A stretch of DNA of 64,000 bases from Phoronis australis (taxonomy: Eukaryota > Animalia > Phoronida): assembly GCA_002633005.1 (NCBI GenBank), contig NMRA01000179.1:366759-430758 (forward strand). The letters run 5' to 3'. The notes beneath the pieces are model-generated. The model was not told where the DNA came from, did not search any database, and saw only the letters and a list, made by a program, of their open reading frames with translations. This document shows, one piece after another, positions 1-12,148 of this stretch. Each line of letters begins with the position of its first letter. The first letter of the stretch is position 1. A program made the translations under genes and the position numbers.

Positions 1-143
1 GTTTCACAAGGGTTTGGCTGGTTTCCTAGCGACAGTCCAAAGCAGTCAATCAGTTTTTGCAACCAACTTGAAGTTGGAAAATTCTATGTGAGGTGGTCAC
101 TCATGCGAGAGTTTTCTTTAGTCAGGAAGGTGGCGCCACTCAC

Positions 144-3100
144 CAAAGTTCCTCCCATGCTGGCATCAGTCCTATTTGGAGTGTCAATAGTGCCACATAG
201 TAACATACAAAACTCGTTGGGTATACCAAAAGTTTTGACAATGCCATCAAAGTACGGCATGACACTGGGATCAGGCTAAAAGAAAAAATATAATTTATTC
301 ATAACACATGAAGAAAGAAGCAGTCAAAGTAAATTAACTGTTATGATAGAAGCCTAAAAGTATTCACCTAGCATACATTACACAAAACACTACCCAGTGC
401 TCTTAAAAGTTTATATTTTCATAACAGAACCACTTTCACAGCATTTGCAGTCCATTTTCGGGCATTGGTCCAAAAACAGTGTCCACACAGGCAAGGCGGG
501 CATTGTGTTTATTTACTCAGTCCATTTTTCGCACACACCCACAGGTTGTCGCTGGAGTACAGGAAACATTGATGGCGGTGACCAATCTGGTTATTTTTCC
601 AATCAATTCGCCTTTACTCATTTATTTTTTACAAAGCTCAATTTTTGAATTCCAGTAATACAAATTTAAACTTGAATCTCTCAAAAAACACTGTGTATTT
701 AAGGAACTAACGATGATTAATTGCTGAGGTAGAGAAAAATACCTGAAAATTCTAAAAGTGACGACACATGTTTTAAAAAAGACATCCGTCAAATTATTTT
801 CTTCATTATACGTGGATATTTTAACTGCAATGATGACACCCTTCAAACGAGTTATTTGACAGCAGCCCATCAAGAAGATTAATTGATTTCGTAAAATGCA
901 CAACAGTGTTGTCAGTTGATGATTTTCATACATACTTCCTCAAACTTTCAAGGTGTTTATTTGTCCGTCATCCTAGGCACATTGTGTTGTGTCTCTTGAC
1001 AGACTTTTCTATTGCTGCCTGAGGATGATCAACAAAATTAATATACATGAGAGCATGTCTGACATTCATCAACCAGCAACACCGTCATGCATCTGATGAA
1101 TTCTATTACCCTTAATCTGGAATATCTTGTGATCTCAAGCTAACCACGTCAACCAGATATTCACTTACTCTGGCAATATCCTTGAAGGCCAAGCCAAAGA
1201 TGCCCTGCCACCCAGACCCATTAATGAAGAAGTGTTTAGAGCTGGTAATGAGTGCAATGTCTGCCCGAATGGACGTTATATTGGTCAAACCAGGCAAAGC
1301 GATGAAATCTGAGGCCAGATGACCATGCCAATTCCCCTGTGTATAGAGTACTTCCACTTCTCTGCTTAGGTTAAGAAAGGTTGATGAGCTGAAATGTAAT
1401 CGTAAACACTGCTAGTGATCAAGTTATGAACACTGTAGATTATGTACAAATTATGAACAGTGCAGATTATGATGCATGCAATTAGGATGATTCCACCTAA
1501 GGTACTGCTGTCCTTTTTCAAGTGCATTGTGGGACGATTGTTGTGTCGGTGAATCACTGATAACTCGGTGGCCTGTAAACACTATGAAGTGGAGAACGAC
1601 AGTTGTCACTTGAGCACATCAGAATTGAAAGCATACTTCCACTTTAATATTTTTTTGTGCAACTGCACCAGTTGCTATCATTACTACACAAAAATAAGAT
1701 TGAAAGCGAGGCTTCAAAACATATCGAAGAAATGCACAACAAAATCTTTCGCGCAAAATATTCTCGAGGCGTGTCCCATCCAATCACGGTGAAGCTAAAT
1801 CTTACCATCAAAAAGCATGGATCGCAAATTATAAATCAAACCTACATTCCATAGACCACAATATGCATGGAAACGGAAATCTTTAAGACATGATTACATC
1901 ATTGTCTTGGCTTTACAAAAAGAAAGCCCAAAACAGACCTGCGATGATAACGGATGTTTACAAGCTTAATAACCCTCCAACAATGCATTTAACAAAATCC
2001 CTCAATTACATTATAATTCAAAAATTAATTTCTTTCTACTGGGCTCCTCAGTGGCCAACTATAACTTGCCAACAATCTAATTTTCATCACCCTAGCTCTC
2101 CAAAAGAGCCATCAAGTACAGGTTAGGCAAGATTTCCATTATAGTGTTTAGTACAATGTCTTCTGTCCGGACAAATGAACAGCCAAGAGTCTGTAGAGTT
2201 TGCGTTTTAGGATGCCAAGAATCATACCATCTCAAAGTATGTCTGATTACAGGTAAGTAACTGCGAAGGAAAAGTTCAGCTTGACAGCTAACTGTTGGTA
2301 ACTCCTTGACTAATGTAACTTGTCCAATTCTTTGAACATTGCAAGTGTTATCAATTAAGATGAGGGCAAAATCAATTGGAGGAATACAACTAGGGTAGCA
2401 AATGAGTCAATTGGAGGAATACAACTAGGGTAGCAAATGAGTCAATTGGAGGAATACAACTAGGGTAGCAAATGAGTCAATTGGAGGAATACAACTAGGG
2501 TAGCAAATGAGTCAATTGGAGGAATACAACTAGGGTAGCAAATGAGTCAATTTCGTAAAAAACACCAAAATCCTTGCTTTTCTCACTCAGGAACGACATC
2601 ACATAGATTTACTGCCATTCAATTGCATATTCATTTAGAGAAATCTTAAGGAAATATTTAATTTATTTAGTACATACACTAACAATTTGCAGTCAAAACT
2701 AATACTACTTTCTTTAGTTAAATAAAATAAATCCTGAAGAAAGCATCTTACAGCTGATAAACAAATTCTGTTATATATATAATACATGCCAAAGAATATT
2801 TGTTTTCAACTAATTTTGTAGAGACGTAAGCTGGACATTCCCTTTGAACCTAGAATTGGAAGAGCGTGAAACTTACCGAGACGTGTCAAAGAAGTCGGTC
2901 ACATAGCCTTGTTCACCGGCACAGGCTGCGACGGCAAAGTTTGAAGAACCCGTATCTACCAGAATATTCAACTGTAAAAACAATTAAAGACTACAACAGC
3001 GTATGAAACCGTACCGTCACACATACGTAAATTACATGCCAAAAGTATTCAGTACAAAATGACCCAGAAATCCCCACCACGACGGCTGGGTGGACAGACA

Positions 3101-4860
3101 ATTGATGGACGGAGTAAACTTCCCATACAACCTAGAACGAAGAGGAATTACCAGGAAAGTTAGGTGGCTTAGTCATTTCGTAATTAGAACTTTGCTCCAA
3201 TAGTTTTTACCCGTCATTTTTGTTGTTAAAACCCTTTAAGCCTTCATGACGGGAAACTAATACTTTTGTCTTGCATCATACGCACTGTGAACACAATCTT
3301 TCCACAAGACCAGTAAAAACATATTTCTGGTTATGGGCAAAAGAATTAGAATTTTGCTCCAATGATAAAGTTTACCAGTCATTTTGTTGTTAAAAGCGTT
3401 GCGTTCATGCGAGGGAAAATGCATTTTGTCTGAATAATTTTGTCTTGTATCATGGTTACTGAAACCACAATCTCTCCAAAGGACCAGTAAAAACACTTCT
3501 CTGGTTATGGGCAAAAGGTTGTCGCCGACATTCTTTGGGTTTGTGCTATTACAAAGCACAAAGTTCATGAGAAAAGGTTAGATAACTTTCCATGAAAATA
3601 TTCTGCAAAATTGTGTCCTGTGAGGAATTCTTGCGAAATTCTGTAATGTGTCTAAATTATCCCCCAAGTTGACATTGAAGTGCACATTAACAACCAATGG
3701 CACTGCTGTCATATTAGGGTTCAGTCAGTACATCAATGAAATAAGGACATTTTTAGCAAGTGAAAAAACAATTGCATTAGATTTGGAGTTTTTGCAATTG
3801 CACTGGACCACTTTCTAAGAACTGGTTCCCATAATAACAACGTATCGTGGTAAATGCTAGCCTTTGTGCAAATACACAAATTTGGATCAGTTTGGGTAAA
3901 ATGTGAGCAAACTAAAATCATAAATAAATTTTTTATCCTTGAGTACACAAACTTGAATACCACACTGAAAACCAATGTTGTTAGTTCATTATTCTGCAGT
4001 TAAATTTGTGTCAACTTTGCCAGCACCATTAAATAGAGCACTATCTGTTGGCCAACTTCTGTTTTCACCAATTCTTCAATCCACGTAAATTTAAGCACAA
4101 ATTACGAGAAATAGTTGCAGTTAGTAGTTTTGAATACTTTATTACCAGAGAACTTAAATTCTGAAGCAATCTTACTTCCAGTTTTCATCATCTCCCAAAA
4201 GAACCCACTTCACATATCAAACAAAATCAAGCAAATGGCACATGCATATGTCACTACCTGACTGTTTTGCAATTGCCATCTGACTTACTAAGCATGAAAC
4301 TGATGTTTAAGAACGGCATTAATCAAACTGCATTAACATTACAGTAATTGCATTAACATTACAGTAACAAACAAGGCAGGTGTCATATAAATGTGGGTGT
4401 TGTGAAAACTAACGGCATAATTAAGCACGCCACATTTTAATCAAGTTTCCTTGCGAGAGGACAGCAAATTGAGTTTGAGTAAACTGAAAAAGCAAGCTTC
4501 ATTCGTACTCACAGCTTTTTACACCCACATTGTTTAGCTACATTTTAATGCTTTTCAATATACAGCTAGCAAGCTGGCTTATGTTTACCACCTTACCTTC
4601 TGTGGAGGAGACCCTATGTTCACCTCGGTGTAGTACCCTTGACCTGGCTTGCCATGGAGTTCCACATCGTAGGACATATAGTGACCACTAGCGTCTATTG
4701 CCATGAACCCCCTTGGAACCACGGACTTGCCCATTAGTCCAGAGGCACGCTTCAGTGGCACCTTTAATGTTGTGCAGAGAGTGAGAGCCCCACAAACAAT
4801 GTTAACAACCAGCAGGAAAACTTTCAGCATCACAGGTGTTCTTGGTGCCATGATATGCAT
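144..4860 (-). CDS. BACE: Beta-secretase (BACE/memapsin-like) aspartic protease, 5' coding exons; the gene continues beyond the left edge of the window
   Basis: Minus-strand exons 4860-4597, 2971-2877, 1388-1169 and 275-144 all have GT-AG junctions with consistent phases. Translation gives a signal-peptide-like N-terminus, 'GKPGQGYYTEVNIGSPPQK|LNILVDTGSSNFAV' (first catalytic DTG motif, BACE-type), 'SSTF...YTQGNW.G', 'FFINGSGWQGIFGLAF..IAR|PDPS..PYFD' and 'LCG...SMGGTL'. The start codon is 4860 or 4851. Confidence 0.93.
2372..2552. repeat. 35-bp minisatellite, 5 perfect copies plus a partial copy
   Basis: Unit TCAATTGGAGGAATACAACTAGGGTAGCAAATGAG starts at 2372, 2407, 2442, 2477 and 2512, with a partial copy at 2547. 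It lies in a BACE intron. Confidence 0.97.
3182..3516. repeat. Diverged tandem duplication, ~160-170-bp unit x2
   Basis: 'aattagaa(c/t)tttgctccaat...gtcattttgttgttaaaa...ttttgtcttg...gaccagtaaaaaca..tctggttatgggcaaaa' occurs at ~3182-3342 and again at ~3344-3516. Confidence 0.75.
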
Positions 4861-5679
4861 GGAATGACCCCTAGTGTAAAGGGTAAAGACACATCCTTTT
4901 GGAGTTGTTAACCAGTCATTTTAGCCCCTCTTCTTGGCTCTTACGAGACTAAGATTCATCATGCTCCTAATGCAGCTTTGAGCCAATATGTTACCTGGAA
5001 ACAAAACTTAGGCTAATCAGTTATGAGCCTGGGTTACACTCTCCTCACAATCAACTGACATATTTTCTAAACCCCTTCCCACCCTAAACCCCTTCCTTCC
5101 TTCAGTGGTGACATAAAATGGGAGTAATGTCTTTGGGAATAATTGTTTCACCAGCCCAATGACAAACTGTTGTCAGTACCTGCACTTAATTCAACAGATT
5201 GAAATCAGTGAATCAGGAACTTCCAGGAAGATTTAAAGAAAGGGTAAAACCACCAATTTAAGATACAATATGTCCGACAAGTGAAATTCTATATTTTCAT
5301 TTTTTAAGCAGCACCAAATAAATGCTGTTCTATTTTAAAGACTTATGCCACACCTGCCTTCAGACAAAATGATAATTCTGAGAAACTGTAGACATTCAAA
5401 AATGAAAAGATCAATTTGGCAATTGTGGTTAGTAAACTTAAAACAGTCCTCAGTGGATGCCTAAGTCAGCAAAGCTCTCCTCAGTAGGAACCCGTCTGTT
5501 ACCCTTCAAGGCAACATCTGACATCAGCTGCTGTTTCTATAACCCCCCTGTATTTTGTGAATTCCGCAGGTATATTATGTTATGGATGGTCGGCCACCAG
5601 TGAATTTACAGATACCGATCCAGCAACAGACATATTCTTTTTGTCCCACTTTTAGATGGATCTGACTCGAAAACATTAA

Positions 5680-6020
5680 AAATGGCCACTACATGTAGAT
5701 GGCACAGGATGTATTGAATCCATCCAAAAACGAACAGGCGGTATCATCTCTCTAATAGATTCATACCTATTTGCCAGTTCCATGAAGATCATTCTGTAAA
5801 GGAACCATGAAGATACAGAGGCAAACGTAAAACATAACAACACTACTAAAGGACACAATGGTAGCCGGACCCATCCAAAAATTCGCTTGTCATCCCATCC
5901 ATGACAGGAACAAGTCTGCCAAATTTTATGAACACGCATCCTGGGGTTTTGGAGCCATAGCACCGGATGCTGCGCGAGCAGGTAAGGATGACATGTGGGC
6001 ACACAAAAAAAGTTCAGGTG
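5680..6020 (+). mobile_element. Degenerate 3' fragment of the pearl/HINE-like repeat family
   Basis: Aligns by eye to 61250-61510 ('aatccatcc.aaaa', 'gaagatacagagg', 'tgccaaattt.atga', 'ttttggag..atag'). Confidence 0.6.
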
Positions 6021-8157
6021 AGGACTAAAACAATAGCATGGAAAGGATTTCTGGAACAACTAAAATAATCATTAAACACCGTTTTACTAGCTTTGCCTTC
6101 AAGTAATGTGAAAATGTCATCAATAACAATTTTGAGCAACGATTATTATAATTTCAGCAAAGAAGCTAGCTTTAACAAATAAAAATGGCACTTTCACAAT
6201 TATTTTAATTTGTAATAAATTGGAGAAATTTTACCTTTACTAAAATCAGCAATAAAGTGCTTAGGGCAAAATCAAGACAACTGTGTTCAGCTGCCAATCT
6301 GCTTTGTCAATAAATCTAAATATTACAGCTTCTAATTGTCTTCAACAACTAAATTACTCATAAATTATATCAAAGCTGTACTGATCAATATATTGCAAGA
6401 ATTTGTGTGTTCTTTTTTCAAAGCCCACCTGCAAAAATGGGTAAACCAGGGCCATTTTCCCCAATAGCTTGTGCTAAATTGAAATCCTGTCGATAGCTGC
6501 ATGTAGAACTCTAACTTGTAGTGAATGAAAAAACACTTAAGAAACACCTGTTTAATTTTTCATACAGGCAGGTGTATGGGTGCACAGCGTGATATTTTTC
6601 TTCTGCACTTACTGTATACATGACTAAATGTTTTTCTTATCAAAAGTTAAATGTACTGTACATAATCACCTATTCCTGTTGCAAGCACAACATTCGCCAA
6701 TTGCTGCTTTTCATCAGGAGGGTTACAATTATTTTCCCCATGATAAATACTGCACAAGACAAAATGGCCACAAAACAAGTACACTGGACATGGGTGTCAT
6801 CTGGCTTTAATTCTCAGTCAGCAGCGTAAAACAAATTTAGATTTAACAAAATATTCTCTTCAGTATATGTATTTACCAACAGGTCTACAGCAAAAAGGAA
6901 CAACTTCAATGAAGTCCATTTGTTAGATTCGATACTTAGATAAATATGCACTTAAGTAAGTCTTGTTAATGTACATACATGTAAACTATGGAAATAGTGG
7001 AGACTGTCATGAGAAATCCTACACGCACACTGTATAAACTTGAAATTTATTGAAATCAAATGGACGTTGGAATGCCGTGTAGTCACCGACGAATAAAAAT
7101 ATAAAATACTGGTAGTAAAACTAAACCGACGATCCATCTACATATACTCAGCAGTCTGTAGCACACACAATTGAAAAAGAGCGCATCGCTTGAAACGTGG
7201 GAATATTTTAATATATTTTAGTACCGACGCTCATCGTTTTAGTTTTACTATTTTATAATTTATTGAACATGACTCAAAATGACTTTTCATAGTCACAATG
7301 CCTAATCATTTATATGATAACAATGTTCAAGATTATTTCATCAGAGTTACTCATTGAATCATCAATATTTCCAGGCACAATAACTCATCTTTATTGAAGC
7401 AACACATCAGAAATTAAACATTTAACAACATTGGAAAAAGAAAACAATATATGGAAGATCATGCTATTAAACAGGTTATATCGGCGACCATGGAATATGA
7501 GACTACCAGAGAAGTCAGTGAGATAAAGTAGGTCACACTGCTCTGGACATCTCATAAACCCACGCAAAATAATACCTAAGAACATACTCAAAAACATGTG
7601 ATGTCCTCGCTACATATGGATATCAAACTACCTCCTCCCTCACTGACACGTGAATCATCAAATATCTCCTCAATTCCAGGCATGTGAAGCAAAACTTGGA
7701 CATTCATACAGGCCTTGGCATAGGCAATTAACGACAATATAGGACCTTGTTGATCCAATACCTACAATGCTTTAGCTTTTAACTTGATGAAGTAAATGAA
7801 TACTGAAAGCAGAAAACCTTGAAGAATTGGATTTTTTAAATTTTACTGATGTGCCTTTATTTGGGTCACATGACCATGTCCTTTTTGATAACCCCTCGTG
7901 CATAAGGGGTGCATTAACCATAGTATCTGAAAGTTTCGTATGATATTGATCAGCCATTTTGAGGTCTGCACAAATGTTTCGAAGTTACTCAAATTTGGAC
8001 ATTTTTCTAAAGTGCTCCATAGATTTAATAACTACATGTACAAGTCACACTGCAATATTTTAGCAACATATAACTCAAACCACAACACAACTGACAATGT
8101 CAGGACTGTCAACATGTTGTTTCAAATGAATACCACAATCATTAATTGTAAGAACTT

Positions 8158-8715
8158 TCATTTCGGCTGGCAAAGATTCCTCGATTTCTGATGTCGCGAT
8201 GCAGGTTTTTTGTTTTTGTTTTCCATCCTTTGGGTCCGTGATTGAAATGTTCCATTCTTTAAATCTTGCCTAAGCTCCATTAGGAGTTTCCCAAACACAT
8301 TTTGACCACCTTCACCATTCAATCCCGTCCCCCAGTATAAATCATCAACAGTATGCAATAAAGTTTTGTCACCAGTGTTCAACAGAGTTTCGCGAAAAAT
8401 GTCAACTTGTACAGCCTTCTCCCCTAGTAGTTCTTTCATCAACTTTGCTCGTTGCCCAATCCACTTTCTGTCAGTAACAATCTGATGTGACAAACGCTTT
8501 GCGTCAACAGCGAACTCCGCTTGCTCAATCACCGCCTCCAATTCAAAGTTTTTGTGGTGTTTGGCTTTTATGGCCTGATAGGCATGCTCGGTAGATTTGT
8601 ACTTCGTTTCTCTTACTTTTACGTCACACATGAAAAAATTCGACAAAACGTCACCGGCGCCTTGTACATTTCTATAGAGAATGTCAGAATCGCGATCACT
8701 AGGGTCAGTTGACAT
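8158..8715 (-). CDS. NADAR (YbiA-like) superfamily protein, 185 aa, intronless ORF nested in the inferred BACE 5'-UTR intron
   Basis: The NADAR motifs occur in order: 'LSNF', 'STEHAYQAIKA', 'AKRL', 'W...R..LM..L..K', 'LLNTGDKTL', 'D.YWGTG', 'G.NVFGKLLMELRQDL'. An in-frame TAA lies 6 codons upstream of the ATG. A splice acceptor (tttcag|) sits just upstream, with the exon starting at 8747. Candidate minus-strand AATAAA signals are at ~7857-7862 and ~7390. Confidence 0.88.
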   Translation of the reverse strand: MSTDPSDRDSDILYRNVQGAGDVLSNFFMCDVKVRETKYKSTEHAYQAIKAKHHKNFELEAVIEQAEFAVDAKRLSHQIVTDRKWIGQRAKLMKELLGEKAVQVDIFRETLLNTGDKTLLHTVDDLYWGTGLNGEGGQNVFGKLLMELRQDLKNGTFQSRTQRMENKNKKPASRHQKSRNLCQPK

Positions 8716-9763
8716 TCTTCTTCTACCAGGTTAGTCTTGAACGATACCTGAAACGTCCAAGGTGTCAATCCTCAATCCTCGCATTGCTTCCCCACATAAT
8801 CATTGTACATAATATCCCTTTAATGATAAGCTAACAGTATATATAGATACTTGAAATGTCTTAGTTTGTTTTACTCACAGAACACTTTACACTGTCAGGC
8901 ATCAACACCAAGCAAACACAACTTGACAGAAAAACATCATGGGTGACTCAAACAAGGCTTTTGTATACCTGTTTATCCCATCACAAACTTTGTTGAGGAC
9001 TACATGAAAGCAACACTTTGTTTAATTTAGTGCAACTTTCAGAATTTAAAAATGAGCATGATACACTAATTGTTGCCTGTCACTTATCATTGCAAATAAA
9101 ACAGTGTTGAAAGAAAGAAATTTGTCCCATCAAGTGTAAACAAAGCCAAAATAAGAGAAAGTTAAGTGTAGACAACAGTAGGTCTGTTACGACCCAAATA
9201 GGAATCTGATCCATTTTGGAATGACATCATGTTAACACAGGAAGTAGTTTCTGGCCCATATCGGAATGTGTGATCACTGACGTTGCATTGCTCTAAGTGA
9301 GTGGAGGTGGGCAGGATTGCTGTGTTTAATTCTTGAGATGGACGGTTTTTTATCCAAAATTTTGTGAGGTTCAATCAGGAATTCTATAATTCCAAAATTT
9401 GTGTACATTTCTATTCCGTTAAAAATTACTATTTTTGGATACTCGTGTTACTGGTGATTTTTCAATGTTTCCAACAGGCCTCTCAATTCTTGCTGGTTTT
9501 GACTTTTATCTGTACATGTTTTCTATTTTTACGATTCTTCAATCAGGTATGAGCATGCATCGTCAGCACATGGACAAGTATCATGCTGAAGCTGTGAAGT
9601 TTAAGAGCAGCCGGATCATCTCTTGACACTATAGACAAGATATCCAGTGTCGTTACTTGTCAGTGACCTCAATTTAAAATGGTTCAGCAATAAGAACATC
9701 TGCCCATTGAATCCTCCAAATAATGAATGTCACTGACATCCTGGCTGTTCTCAGGGAAGGTAA

Positions 9764-11066
9764 AACAAGAGCAACGCAGAGCGTTGAAATTCGCCCACAA
9801 TTGCACCGTATACGGTATCCTTCTAGGGTTGTTTATTGGTACCATAAAGTGGCCAGTAGAGGACATATATATGTAGTATGTTGTACTTTGCAAAATGGAA
9901 AGGCATGTTCATTGTCTCCTCAACAGGCTTGGGGCAAAATGTGAGTGATCTTCATAATACAGGCACATCCTATACATCAGTTGCTTAAAGCACCACAGAA
10001 ACATAGAATTAAAAACAAATTTATCAACATACGAGATTAGCACAGCATTAGAATGCCAGAAACAAAATTCTACTCGGAACTTTTCCTTCATAGTCACGAA
10101 GTAACACAAAGTATACACCTGAAAATGCAGAGGTCAATGTAAAATACTAAAATTGCCACTAGAGGCATACCGGTAGTCAGAATCATCCTAAAGTCGTCAT
10201 CGTCCGTTGTCAACATCACATAAATACACTTGCTAAATTTAGTAAAGATCCTGCAATTGGTTTGGGAGATACAGCCATGGGCGCAAAAAAAAAACTGCCA
10301 CTAGGAGGCGCCACAGTAATCAAAGTCATGGGAAATTCAGCGTCAACCGTCCTCTTCATAGTAAGAACATACATACCAATTTTCACAATCATACTTAGAG
10401 CGGTTTGGTTTATAGAGGGGTGGATGCCAAAAAACAGACTCAAAAACAGTAAAAATGGCCACTGGGTGTCGCAAACTGGGTCAAATCCATCCGAAAACGG
10501 GAGGATAGCGTCATCGCACTAATAGGTGCCTACATACCAAATTTCATGAAAATCTGTTAAGGAAAAAGTTTGTGAAGATACAGAGGTAAACATAAAAAAA
10601 TAAAATTGCCACTAGGGGGCACACTGGTAGGCGGATCCGTCCAAAAGTCGTCATCGTCTGTTGTTAACATCATATAAATACACTTATTAAATTTCGTAAA
10701 GATCCTGCGAACGGTTTAGGAGATACAGCCATAGGCGCAAAAAAAAAAAAACTGCCACTAGGAGGCGCCACAGTAGTCCAAGTCGTCTGAAAATCATTGT
10801 CAGTTGTCCTCTTTACAGTAAGCACATACATGCCAATTTTCACAATCATCCTTTGCGCGGTTTGGTTGATACAGGGGTGGACGCAAAAATACAGACTCGA
10901 AAACAGTAAAAATGGCCACTAGGTAGCGCAAACTATGTCGAATCCATCTGAAAACGGGAGGGTAGCGTCATCTCACTAATAGGTGCCTACATACCAAATT
11001 TCATGAAAATCCGTTCAGGACTTTTGAAGATACAAAGGTAAGCGTAAATATGAGGGCGCATAAAAA
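9764..11066 (+). mobile_element. pearl/HINE-like (Helentron-associated) non-autonomous element with an internal tandem core (two ~455-bp units)
   Basis: 5' end is AACAAGAGCAACGCAGAGCGTTGAAATTCGCCCAC. Core subunits starting (T/G)GCCACTAG are at ~10154, 10296, 10457, 10607, 10753 and 10914. 3' end is GGGCGCATAAAAA. Ends and core are shared with other copies in the window. Confidence 0.8.
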
Positions 11067-11439
11067 TTAGTTGGTAGAATTTAAGTTACTATCCGAGTAA
11101 ATTTGCATTGACTTGTCCACTAACACTGATAAATTTATTACGCAGCCAAATGATTGAAACTGGGTTAATGACTTTGAATGGAGGCTCCATTCCTCATCTA
11201 AGACCAGGCATGATTCAGTTGACTGGGAACCAAGGTAAAGACACATGCGTTCAGACATACCCCCCAAAAATACACCAATAACTATAAGCATTTACTATTA
11301 ATATTCAATAATTCAATTCAAATCATAAAAAATATTCCAACTTATCGGAATTCCGATACGAGAACGACCCAAATCAGAATATTGCAATTATTCCTTTAAG
11401 CTAAAAGAAGCATCTATTACTTTAACTGTTACTGTATCT

Positions 11440-12015
11440 CATCAGTTAGTGTAAATTATTCTGAAGGACTACATAGTCTGAAGGACCAGTATTCCGAAAT
11501 ATTTACAAAAGTTTGAGAACCACTCGTAGTCAACAGTCTGAAAGGCCATTGGTTCAAAGGGCAGATTGTTCAAACCTAGTAAACGATAACCTGAAAGGCC
11601 AATATTTGGAAAGTGACCTTTCTACTATTCAGATCACTGGGTAGCTTTTCAAATTATTTATCGTGCACCTTCGTGAGTTTCTTGGCTAGCAGTTGGATGG
11701 AAGCTTGATTGTTGTTTCCATCAGAACACCTGTTAATAATGATTACCAGTGGTTGGTTAATGAGTAGACAAGTTCACCATCATTATATTTAAAACCCATA
11801 TTTTTCTATAGGCCTAACCTAAACAATCATTAGTTATAGACTATTATTTAAGAAATTTGTTCACCAGGTTGGTTTACTCTCAGCCCTTCGGACTATTGAC
11901 CCATCGGACTAAAGTGTCTGTGGGGTTTTCATTTCGGACTAACGGTCTTTGGCATTTATCTTTGAAGTAATGTTCCTTCGGAATGTCTATATGATGGAGC
12001 CTCGGAGGTAACCCC
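11440..12015. mobile_element. Degenerate fold-back/MITE-like element with short subterminal repeats
   Basis: The left part has repeated 'tc(t/c)gaa(a)gg' motifs and the right part has the complementary '(cc)ttcggact/ttcggaat' motifs. Termini and TSD could not be resolved. Confidence 0.4.
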
Positions 12016-12148
12016 AATCAGACTCAGCGGTCTAGTACTGAATTTGGGACACGTCTATGACAATATATCACAATTACCACAGTACTTCGTCTGGATATTC
12101 TGTTACGACGTCAACGAATTGTGAACTATCCAGCTATACTAACCTTAC

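Noticed and set aside
1500-1525. 'DSSTLGG' segment as a BACE exon
   Set aside because: It has no suitable splice sites. The SST motif is supplied in frame by exon 1388-1169.
2372-2552. 35-bp direct repeats as a CRISPR array
   Set aside because: The units are contiguous with no unique spacers, there are no cas genes, and the context is a eukaryotic intron. It is a minisatellite.
5676-6059. 127-aa minus-strand ORF
   Set aside because: It overlaps a decayed copy of the HINE-like repeat and has no recognisable protein motifs.
5680-11066. NADAR ORF as cargo captured inside a single HINE/Helentron element
   Set aside because: The flanking pieces are a 3' tail on the left and a 5' head on the right, both in + orientation, so the ORF lies between two elements rather than within one.
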